Shown here one piece after another: positions 38,460 through 49,700 of a stretch of DNA of 64,000 nucleotides; the stretch's first letter is position 1, and each line of letters opens with the position of its first letter. The position numbers and the translations under genes are program-made. The notes beneath the pieces are model-generated. The model did no database searches. It had not been told where the DNA came from and saw only the letters and a program-made list of their open reading frames with translations. The stretch covers positions 96,211 through 160,210 of the forward strand of contig CDMY01000226.1 in assembly GCA_001179505.1 (NCBI GenBank), given 5' to 3'. Source of the DNA: Vitrella brassicaformis CCMP3155 (Eukaryota; Protista; Chromerida).

Positions 38460-40435
38460 GTCGTGCCGTGCCTCCCCCACAAACACGACAGTTCTTGCTT
38501 GCTCTGTTAAAATTACCTGTCGTTCTCAGCAACCACATGGCTGGCCCGGCGGAACGTCTGCAGCACAGCACAGCACCCCCACACACACTTTGGCTTTCAT
38601 GAGCAAGCGGCGTCGCAGATATCGCCTGTTTGCCTGCGCGTTGACATGACCTCATCATCGATCTCGCCGGCCGCCTTGGCGTCCTCGAGCATCGCCAGGG
38701 TCACATCACGCAACATACTGAGCAACACATACACACACATCACACGTGTGGCGGATGACTGACGGATGGCTTTCGCCAGACCAATCCTCACGTGACTTTG
38801 GGGTGTTTCTTTTGCACGATTTCCACGGCCTTCTGGCACTGGTTCTTGCGCGTGGAGTAGGCTCCGTCCACCAACGCGTGACGCACAGCAGAGTCTGCAA
38901 GCCACGATGGATGGGATGGCAGCCCAGCCACACATGTATATCATCCCGTCCATCATTGATTGATTGCAGGGTGATGCGATGCGATGCGTGTCGTCAGTCA
39001 GGGTGACTGCTGGTGAGTGCTGTGGTGGTGGTACCTACCGATGATGAGAACGTCGATGTCGTCTGCCTCCATTGGCACCAGACTGGGCTGTTTCGACCGA
39101 CAGTCCAGCAGCATGGCGTGCTTGGCTGGAGGAACCGACGGATGGATGGAGGGACAGATCAGATGGATGGATGGATGCCACACAGAACAGAGGCAGATGG
39201 GGAAAGACAGACAGACAGAGGTGAGTGGGTGTCGAATTGGATCGGCGTCTGGTGAGTGTCTGTCTCACCCCGTCCGCAGCATGAGATGGCCTGGTCCATG
39301 AGTCCACAGGGCATCTTGGCCCACTCGTGCTCGGCCTTCTGGCAGCTGACCGATCAATTCACCGATCCGATCAACACCAGACATCCACACAGGCCACACA
39401 GAAGTGGAAAACGCCTCATCGCATCGCTGCCTGCCCCCTTTGTCCCTTTCTTTCTCACCCACTTACCATACGGCTTTCTCCATGGGAGCCATGCTCACAC
39501 CCACGGCCACCTCCATCGCCGTCGCACTCGCCACCTCCTGACGCCAACCAACCAACCAACCCAGGTGACGTGACACCTGTGTTGTGTATGATCTGACTGA
39601 GTGACCGACTGACTGACCACAGCTGCTGAGCTGCTGAGTCCGCCCCCCAGTGGGACGGTGGTCAGGACCACCGCATCAAAGCCCTCAGGCAGCGGCTTCT
39701 TGACCGCATCGCAGTAGATACGCATCGCGCCAACGACGTAGCTCCACCTGCAATGAATGCACCACACACAACACAAGCGACACACGCACGTGTCCGTCGA
39801 TTAATCGAGAAGGGCTCGCTGACTGACCAGGGGACGTCTCCGTCCTGCGGCTGTTCTGGCAGTGTGTCGACTTGGAGGGTGTCCTTGACCTCGCGGCTGT
39901 AGATGCGGTAGCCCTTGGATGTGGGCGCCAGTGCTATCACACACTTCCTGACGCCCCACAAACACACACACGCGCACACACGCCAGACGAAGGAAAACAA
40001 GTGCACTGAATGCAGTGCAGTCCAGCACTTTTGTGCGCAGCACCACCTATCGCACCTGTCGAGTGCGATAGGGAAGACGAAGCCCTCCTGGTAGTCGGTG
40101 TGCTCGCCTATCATGTTGACACGGCCTGCACGACACACACACAAAGCGGCAATATGTAAGCTGTCTCCCGGGCGTACCAGGTGCGGCGACGACAATTGTG
40201 GGTGCAGACTTGAACTTGTCCTTGAAGACGGCAATGGCCTCCTCACACGCACCGTCAGGCGCAACCACCTTGGTCGACTCGGGCTTGTCGCCAGTGCTGC
40301 CGCCTGCAGACAGATCACACACAAGAAGCAAGACACACACAAGCACAAAGTGGGCGATTCGGCTGGTGTGCCAGTCTGTCGGCTGCCGTGTGCTGCCGCG
40401 GCGCTGGACGCTCACTCACCCATCAAGTTGCCCAT
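37555..40435 (-). CDS. GALK: Galactokinase (GHMP kinase); about 15 exons
   Basis: Motifs APG|[53 protein letters not shown] and [12 protein letters not shown]. Ends [11 protein letters not shown] at TGA 37555-37557. Confidence 0.95.
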
Positions 40436-40600
40436 GGCTGCTATGAGGACAGATGCCGCGAAGAGTCTCTTTTGAGAGAGAAAAGTTGACAGATCTTGCA
40501 GTCGCGGTGGAGGAGCAGTAGGCAGAGAAGCACAACGGCCTCCACAACCACAATGGCGTCTGACTCACTCGGGGCGCTTAGGGCACTGTACCAAACCCAA

Positions 40601-40610
40601 TTGCGAGCTT
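40601..40610. promoter_or_regulatory. Shared bidirectional-promoter motif (TTGCGAGCTT)
   Basis: In the 208-bp GALK / VTE4 divergent gap. Confidence 0.6.
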
Positions 40611-40643
40611 TGACGAAGGGGAGGAAGCGGTGTTGTGACTGCC

Positions 40644-42542
40644 ATGGTATCGCAACAGATTCATCTCCGAGCCCGGCAACCGGGCTGCGTGTGGCCTGCA
40701 GTGCCGATCCTGCTCGCGGCCGTCCTCATCCACACTCCGTGCTCTGCAAATGAAGCAGCATCTCCCAAGCGGACGAGCGGACTGCTGTCTGACAGATTCG
40801 CCCGTCCCATGACTGTGGGGAGGAGCCGAGTGGCTGCCTTTGAGAACAAGCTGAGGGGCAAGATTGCCAACTTCTACGACAAGTGAGTGAGCGGGAAGGG
40901 AAAGGAGGACTGACCAGGAACGCTTGGCTTGCTGTACATCACACGTGTCCATGTTGCTTGCCTTGCCTTGCTGTGCATTGCATTGCATTCATTCATGTTG
41001 TTTTTGTCCCGTGTCGGTGTGTTGAACATTACTTACATTCAGGTCGTCGACGGTGTGGGAAGAGATCTGGGGAGGTGAGTGAGTCAGTGGAGTGCTTCCC
41101 ATCCCACCCACAGATCTGATCTGCATTGACTGACTGACATTGACGCCAGGGATGACATGCGGATGTGCTCCCTCCCGCTGTCTGTGTTATGCTATGCAGA
41201 GCACATGCACCATGGCTACTACCCAGGCGGCAAGTGGCGCAAGGACCACAAACAAGCACAGGTCGGTGCACGCGGTGACCACACACACACACACACACGG
41301 CCGAAGGCTGTTATCCACCCCATCAGCGCCCTCCCTGTTGCCTCTCTGCCTCAGATTGACATGATAGACGAGGTGCTCAAGTGGGCCGGCGTCAAGGCAC
41401 CCCACACCGTCATCGATGTGGGCTGCGGCGTGGGCGGGAGCCTCCGCCACATTGCCCGCAAGTACAGGTCCGTCAGCACCGGCAAGGGCATCACACTCAG
41501 CCCATTCCAGCGGGACCGGGCCGAGGCGCTCACCAAGGAGGCCGACAAGAGCGACAAGGCAAAGGGCCGCAAGAGGCTGGGCAGGAAGCTGGGGTTCGAG
41601 GTGGCTGATGCGATGGACATGCCCTACCGCGCCAATGCCTTTGACCTTGCCTGGTCGATGGAGTCGGGCGAGCACATCCCTGACCGGCCGCGCTTCATCA
41701 AGGAGATCAAACGGTACGTACGGCGGCGGAGGGAGGCAACGAGGGAGGGAGGCACAGAGGGAGGGAGGAACTGGAAGATCGCTTGCCACGGCTGACTGTG
41801 TGTGCTCCATTCCATTCCATGCAGAGTGGTTCGTCCCGGCGGCCGCGTCATAGTGGTCACCTGGTGCCAGCGCAACCTCGAGCCAGACGAGACCGAACTC
41901 AAACCAAGGTAAGTAAGGTGTCTTAGAGCACCGAAATATGTATGTATGTATGGTTTCGCATATCTGTCAGAGAGAAGCGGTTGTTGAATTGGGTGAGCCG
42001 TCTGTACCACTTACCTGAGTGGTGGTCCATCGACGACTACACCAAATGCGCCAAGGACCTCGGCCTTCGAGACATCAGGTGGGTGAGACGAACCATCCAT
42101 TGATCAACCAGGACAGGCGGCAAAGTGAAATCAGGTCCGTATGTCCGTATGTGTGTTTTCTGTGTGCCATCCGCCCGCTGCGTCGCCTGCAGGACAGCGG
42201 ATTGGTCCAAGGAGATCAGCCCCTTCTGGCCAGCCGTTGTCCAATCCGCTCTCACACCCAAAGGCCTCATCGGTCAGTGAGTGAGATGAGACCCCCCTCG
42301 GGCCCCAAGCAACACGCACCACCCTCACACGCATCGCGTCAGTGAATGGATGCAAGGCAATGTTGCAATGCACTGCAGGTCTATTCCGCGCCGGTCCCGA
42401 GACAATGGCGGGTGCTTTGACGATGGGTCTGATGATCACTGGGTATCGGCAGAAGGTCATCCGCTTCAACCTCATGACGGCCAGGAAAGCCACACGCACT
42501 GAGAGACTGCTCAGCTCACTGGGGCTCGGGGGAAAGGCATAG
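40644..42542 (+). CDS. VTE4: Gamma-tocopherol methyltransferase with bipartite (signal + transit-like) leader; about 8 exons
   Basis: Motifs IANFYDKSSTVWEEIWGEHMHHGYY, DVGCGVGGS, WSMESGEH, RPGGRVIVVTWCQR, YHLPEW and ADWSKEISPFWPAVVQSAL match plant/cyanobacterial VTE4. The leader has hydrophobic PILLAAVLIHTPCSA followed by an S/R-rich stretch. Confidence 0.9.
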
Positions 42543-43064
42543 CTACCTAGGCATGCAGGGTGACTGACGGGAGGGAGGGAGAGGAGAGGGTGGGAGAAAG
42601 AGATGCTCATAGTGAGCGATTGTTCGAGTAGGGTTCAGAGGTGCCGTGTATGGTGTAGATTGGCTCTGCCTGGAGGGGCGGCTGGTATGATGGATGAATG
42701 GACGGGATGGATGAATCCATGTAGATAGATCTCATACACAACATACACACAGTGTAGGTAGGTAGAAGTACAGCTGGATGGATGGATAGATGGACAGAGG
42801 GAGGAAGGGAACTAACTGCATTAATGTGCAATGCAATTAGCAGAGCGAGCGACCCGTAACTGTGACTGTGATATGTACTCCGACCGAGATCCATATGTAT
42901 GGATTGGGTTACAATAAGAAATGCAGCCAGAGTCAGTCAGCTGGCAACGCTCACACGTATGCAGGCATTGATGGTATCAACGGACAAACGTCAGTCAGCA
43001 GTCGACTTAGCTTAAGCAAGCGTCCGTCCGTCTTGTCGGTGTGGATGTCCTGTCTCCCACTCAG

Positions 43065-44113
43065 TCACTGATACTTGACGCCTCCCATAAAGGTCCGTGC
43101 GTCGGGGGCCATCCCTGCACACCACACGAATGTAAGTAATGTAAGACACACAAGTACTTGATGTTCGCAAACAAAGGCAGGCCCTCTTTGCATATAGATG
43201 CTGAGTGTGAGTGTGTGTATGTCATGTCGTCTGGTCCGTCGTTCCGTGTGTGTGTACCAGAGAATGATGCCTGTGAGAAGTCGAATCCCGGGTGTTCTTC
43301 CTGGAACCTCTCCAGCATGAGCTTCTTCTGCAGCTCCTGCTGCGTGAACGGGTCAACCTCACCCTGACCCTTGAACGCCGACACCCACGTCTCCCCTGCA
43401 GCACAACACAACACACACAAGGACTGTCTGCATGGCAGCTTGCCTTGCGTGTCTGTCTGGCTGACTGACCTTTCTTGACTTTTGACATGTGTATGTGCAG
43501 CTCGCCGTCCTCTGTGACAGAGGGGAGCGAGTGAAGGGGTAGGCAGGCAAGCAACACACGGGCGCCCCTCTTTCTTTGACTGACTGACCTATCATCCAGA
43601 AGGAGCTGTCGGTCTCTATTACACCACCCAAATCAGCCTGTGTCAACCAACAGACAGACACACAAACCACAAACAGACAGACCACAAACAGACAGACAGA
43701 CAGACAAGATGAACGTCTTGTATGTATGAGCAGAGATTTGGTTGGTATCCATCTGTCTGTCTGGGCATACGGACATCAAGGTAGGGCGGGTTGTCCCTGA
43801 CGCCGACGGTGAGGTGGTGTGGCTGAATCTTGATGTCGAAGTGGTGCTTGGTGACGCCAGGAGGCGGCTGGATGTACACCGACACCTCATCCAGACCCTG
43901 CTCCCACTCATACACCGTACGACCTGCAGTCAGTACAGCAGACACAAACATAGAAGACAGAGAACAGACAGACAGACAGCAGGACATTCATCATGGACGG
44001 CGTGCTGCTTGTTGCGTGTGTGAGGCTGTGCTGTGCTGGCCTTGGTGTTGGAAAGGCAGCCTTCCCCTGGCCTTCTCCCTCAGCCTCTTCAGCTCCTGGG
44101 GCTCCTCCTCCAT
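43065..44113 (-). CDS. NUDCD2: NudC-family CS-domain co-chaperone (NudCD2-like); 6 exons
   Basis: Spliced sequence: RLPFQHQG|RTVYEWEQGLDEVSVYI...SSFWMIEDGELHIHMSK...[37 protein letters not shown]. Confidence 0.85.
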
Positions 44114-44256
44114 TTCTTATCATGCGATGCACATGTATAACTATCAACTAACTGATTCAGGACGTCATTCCCCTTTCAGCCTCTTCCTTGCCTGTACTCT
44201 CGCTGTTCGGACAGTAGGTTTCGGAGTTCGGAACAGCCGTGAATCCGATACAATAT

Positions 44257-44264
44257 AGCTCGCA
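44257..44264. promoter_or_regulatory. Shared bidirectional-promoter motif (AGCTCGCA)
   Basis: Near the centre of the NudC / importin-alpha divergent gap. Confidence 0.6.
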
Positions 44265-44441
44265 GTTGCTTGGAGACTTGTTGTTTCGTTGCTCGTGCGC
44301 AGGCAGGGAGCCTAGCCTGCTTGTTCGTATCTGGCTGGCATCTCTGCCTCTTTCCGCGACATCACTCGAGCCTGTTTGTTGCGACATCGTATCTGTCGAC
44401 AGACATCGTATTATCTGGCGATAGATAAGACCACTGTAGCG

Positions 44442-46769
44442 ATGGACCGGCGTTTGGAGGAGCGGCGCAAGAACTTCAAGAAGGCCGTGGACTCTGCCGA
44501 GACCCGGCGCAAGCGCGAGGACCTCAATGTGCAGCTGCGCAAGCAGAAGCGCGAGGAGAACCTGATGAAGAAGCGCCAGCAGGCGGCCGACACGGGTCAG
44601 TTGGCCGTGGCGGCGGCCAAGCCGACCTTCCGGACCGAGACGATCCCCGAGTTGGTGCAGGGCGTCATGAGCGGCGACCGCAATGTGCAGTACAACGCGA
44701 CGCAGCAGTTCCGGAAGCTGCTGTCGATAGAGCAGAGCCCGCCGATCCAGGAGGTCATCGAGGCCAATGTGGTGCCGATGTTTGTCGAGTTCCTCAAGGA
44801 CTTCCACCGCCCCAACCTGCAGTTCGAGGCCGCATGGGCCCTCACCAACATCGCATCCGGCACACCCGACCAGACCAAAGTCGTCATCGAGGCCAACGCC
44901 ATACCCATCTTCGTCCAGCTCCTCTCCTCACCCAACGACGACGTCCGCGAACAGGCCGTGTGGGCGCTGGGCAACATCGCCGGCGACTCGCCCAAGTGCC
45001 GTGACCTGGTGCTGCAGGCGGGCGGCCTGGCCCCGCTGCTCAACCAGCTGCGCGAGAGCGAAAAGTTCTCGATGCTGCGCAACGCCACATGGACCCTGAG
45101 CAACCTGTGCCGCGGCAAGCCCCAGCCGCCGTTCGAGTGGGTGTCGCCCTCACTGTCGACGCTGGCCAACCTCATCTACAGCAGCGACGTGGAGGTGCTC
45201 ACCGACGCCTGCTGGGCGCTGTCGTACCTGAGCGACGGGCCCAACGAGCGCATCGAGGCGGTCATCCAGAGCGGCGTGTGCCGCAGGCTCGTCGACATGC
45301 TCCTCCACAGCAGCCCACTCGTCCAGACACCCGCACTCAGGACTGTCGGCAACATCGTCACAGGTGAGTGAGCCAGGGAGGGAGGCAGGGAGCGGGTGGA
45401 TGAATGAATGGGATGGGTGTACCACACCACACCACACATGGATGTGATGCGATGTGATGTGATGTGATGTGTGCTGTGTGTATGGATGGTATGGTGTTGT
45501 ACGGTGTTGTGTGCAGGTGACGATCGGCAGACTCAGGTGATTCTGCAGTGTGGTGCGATCCCCAACCTGTTGGCGTTGTTGTCGTCGCCCAAGAAGGGCA
45601 TCCGCAAGGAGGCCTGCTGGACCATCTCAAACATCACTGCTGGTACACTACACTACACTACACTCCACACACCTCCACACAGAGGCGAGTGAATGGTCAT
45701 TTGTCCTGCCCCACACGGATGCATCCCATCCAATCCATGTGTTGTGTTGTGTTGTGTGTGTCAGGCAACCGTGACCAGATTCAGGAGGTGGTCAACGTGG
45801 GTTTGATCCCTCCCCTGGTGCAGATCCTCGCTACCGCTGAGTTCGACATCAAGAAGGAGGCCGCCTGGGCCATCTCAAACGCCACATCGGGCGGATCGCC
45901 GCAGCAGGTCAGTCAGTCAGTCAGTCAGTGACCACTCATGCATGCCACGCACACTCGTCGACTCATGTAATGTCCTGCGTTGTTGTTGTGTTGCGGTTGT
46001 GTGCTGCAGGTGGAGTATTTGGTTCAGTGTGGTTGCATCAAGCCGCTGTGCGATCTGCTGGAGGTCAACGACACCAAGATCGTATCCGTGGCGCTCGAGG
46101 CACTCGAAAACATACTACGGTGAGCTAGACAGACAGACAGGCAGACACACGAACGACACACAGAGAGAGGTGGAAGGCAACCAGCTCAGCTCACGTCCGT
46201 GTGTAGCGGGGTGTGCGTTGTGTTGTGTTGTGTTGTGTTGTGCTGTGTTGCGCGTCCCTCATTCCATTCAGCGTTGGGAAGCAAAAGCAGCGTGACCAGA
46301 ACATTGAGAACAACCCCTTCTGCAACCTCATCGAACAGGTCCGTTACACCGCAATTACACAGCACACTCCAACTATGGGACGGGTGTGGTGTGTGGATCT
46401 GATCTGATGTGTGTGTGTCTCTATCTATGGTCAGGCTGACGGCATCACCAAGATCGAGCAGCTGCAGGAGGACCCCAACGAAGACGTATACCAAAAGGTG
46501 CGCTGACAGGCCACACACACACACACACACACTCACACACGCGTGTGCGGTGCGCATACACTCATTTGTGTCTGTGTCTGTCTGACATCATTCTTTCCTG
46601 GCTCCCTCCTCTGTCCTGTGTGTGTGTGTGTCAGTCTGTCAAGATATTGGAGAACTACTTCCCGTTGGAGGACGAGGACATCGGTGAGGGCGGCGAGGAC
46701 GACATGGGACAGGCCAACTTCCAGTTCGGCGCCAACGCACCTCAGGGCGGTTTCAACTTCGGACAATAA
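44442..46769 (+). CDS. IMPA: Importin subunit alpha (IBB domain + ARM repeats); about 7 exons
   Basis: [27 protein letters not shown]; ARM motifs [41 protein letters not shown] and [15 protein letters not shown]; C-terminal GGFNFGQ*. Confidence 0.97.
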
Positions 46770-49700
46770 ACATACATATATAGCATGCAGACAAACACAC
46801 CAGCTGATAGAGACAGAGATAGATGGTACATACAGCCCACAGACACACAGACGCACCACATCCATCATGCCATGCACACGGGCGCACACAGGGAGGGGGG
46901 CCCTTCTGCCTGCATGTCGTAGTGGGTTTTTGTTTTCGGGCTGTGTTGAGTGGCTGTGTGGCTGTGTGGCTGCGTGCATGTTTGGTTTTCACGCAGTCGT
47001 GTTGGGGGCGGGCTGGCTGACGGATGGAGTTTCGTAGCTAGCGGCGGACGGATTGGTCTCATCAAACAGACAGACAGACGGACAGACAGACAGAGCGGTG
47101 TCGCTGTTCCTTCTGGAGTGAGGTTGGTTGGATGGCCATGCGTGGCGTGCACGTGTTGAGCGATGCATGTGTGGTGTGGTGTGGTGACATATTTATCCTA
47201 GTTTCGTCCATTCGATCCATAGTCTCGCCTCTGTCTTGCTCGGCGTCCATCTCGTCTCGTTTGGCAGTGTGAGAGGAGCCATGCCATGCAGCCCCCATAC
47301 ATGCGTGGCTCATCTCATCTCCAGTGCAAGGTCGTCACGCGCAGAGTGTAGCGCAGGGCAGAGGAAGGGATAGCTGGCTTGATGGGCCGGTTGGCTGGTT
47401 GGTGTGTTGCTTGATGTGATGGTCTATTCTATCTATCTCTGTATGCCATGCCATGCGTCACTCGCTGCCGTACACCGACCGCCCATGCCTTTCCCGCGGC
47501 TGCTGGACCGTGAGAGCTGTAGAGTGAGTGAGTCACCAACTGATGAACTGGTCGAGCACCCGGACTAAAGGCATGGACGGTTGGCCGGTTGTGTGATGCA
47601 GGTGCAGCACCGAGCAGAGAGACAAACAGACAGACAGACAGGCAGACAGACAGACAGATGAGTGGGTATGTGTTCCTTCCTTCGAGACAGGAGTTAGACA
47701 GAGCAAGGAAAGCCGTTTCTCGACTGACTTGACTGACTGACTGACACCCCTCCGTGGATGGGATGCATGCTTGACTGCCCCCGCCTCGACCCTTCCCTAC
47801 CCCTCAACCCTTGTCTAGCCTCCCTACCTACCTACCTCCCTCCCTGGCGGCCTCTGACTGACGATATCTCACTCCTCCCTCCCTCTCTAACCCCCTCCCT
47901 CCCTCCTGACCCAGCCACTCCCCCAACCCACTACTGTGTCTGTCTATCGCACAGAGCGACACCACACACAGCGGAGCGAGCTGCTCCCTTCCTCCTTTCT
48001 CACGTCACGTCTCACAGGCAGACGTCAGGTCTCTGGTAGCCCACTCAAAGCCAGCCAGGCAGGCGGGCACCAATCAGATCAGCCAACACATACGCATGCC
48101 TCGCCGGTGACCGCTTTTTTGCATCCCGGTGAGTGAGCGTGTAGGTAGGTAAGTACATGGATGCGATGCATGTGTGTATGGGTGTATGGATGCATTCATT
48201 GCATTCGGTCATTCATTGAGTTTTGAAACACGACTAGCGGCCTTGCCTTGAATGCGCCTGGCCTCCCTGCCCACACCCACCCCTGCCGTTTTCTATTTCC
48301 TATCCACCCATATATGTGGCTGCGGTGGCTGTCTGTCGTGAGGGCGCGGCGAGCAGTCTTTCTCGTAGCTGGCAGGTCGTCGGTTCCCTCTGGTGCCGGC
48401 CGACCTCCCTGCCACACACAGCATTCATTGCTTTGATTGACTGAGTGACGTCCAGTGCATGGACGGACGGACGTGTAGATGTACAGCTAGAGGACACATG
48501 CATCCCCATCCCACCTCCCTGCCTGCCTGCCTTTCTGACGAAGGACGCCGTACCGGATGCCTGTTCTTGTAGATACTAAGTGGATGGATGGATGGATGGT
48601 TGGCCGTGCGGCGTGGTGGTTGGTTGGTTGGTGGATAAAGTGGCGCCTATCTAATGATGTTCGTGAGGTGCCCGACTGCCTGCCTGCCTGCCACTGCCTG
48701 CCTGGCTAGATGATGGACGATGCGGCCCCGTGTGTGCATGTATGTCATGGATGGTGCTGGTGCATGTACGTATTTGTGTAGTCTGTCTGGAAGACCCAGC
48801 TGCAAATTTCGTGAGTGCATCAATGTCTCGTTTTAACCCACGCCCTCACATCGAAATGCGTAGTCTGCGGATACAAGAGTCCCCCCTCTCTCTGCCCCAT
48901 CCTACAAGCCAACTAATGGGAAGAGACGCACACAACCAGAACTCAATTAACCCCCAGATTCGCTCTCTATTTAATTATAGTGTGTCTCGGCAAGTTCTGT
49001 CTCCGCGTGTGCGATTGCCTGCTGCTGGGGTTTCTTCTGTTTCCGTGCGACAGTGTCTGTGTATGTGTTTCTTTACAGTAGCAAGTCTGTCTGTCCAGTC
49101 AGTCGGAACCACACAACATGCACAGCACGAAGATGAGATGCGATGGATGGATGGATAGATGGACAGAGGATCGAGACAGAGGAGTGAGTCCACACATGCA
49201 GATCCGCGCAAAGCCAGCATCCACGCGGCAGCCCCCTGTGTGCAGCTGCCGGGGCGCTTGCTGCCGCGAAAAAAACGTGTGCGCTTGTATGGTGTGTGGA
49301 AGGCAATGAATGGCATGAGAGAGAGGAGAGAAGAAGACAGTCGGACGTACGAACAGCTGGACAAACGAACGTAAAGAGTGGCAAAGCTAATGAGGCAGTG
49401 AGTGAGTCAGTCGATCAGTCAGTCAGTCAGTCAGTACATCGGGTGGTCTATCTGCCCTCATCCATGCCAGGCAGCTATATATTGAAGTGCCTGCCCTCCA
49501 CCTCGATCATCTCACGACCTCATCTCATCTCATCTCATCTATCTCACCGATCGCATCGCTCCTCCACGCATGTATGTATGACCATGGATGGCATGGAGGT
49601 ATGTGTCTATACGTATGGAGGTCTGTACGTGCAAACGTGTGAATGTGTACCAATTGATTCCACGCATCCCATGCACTCTGGATCGGAGCCAGCAACCCTC

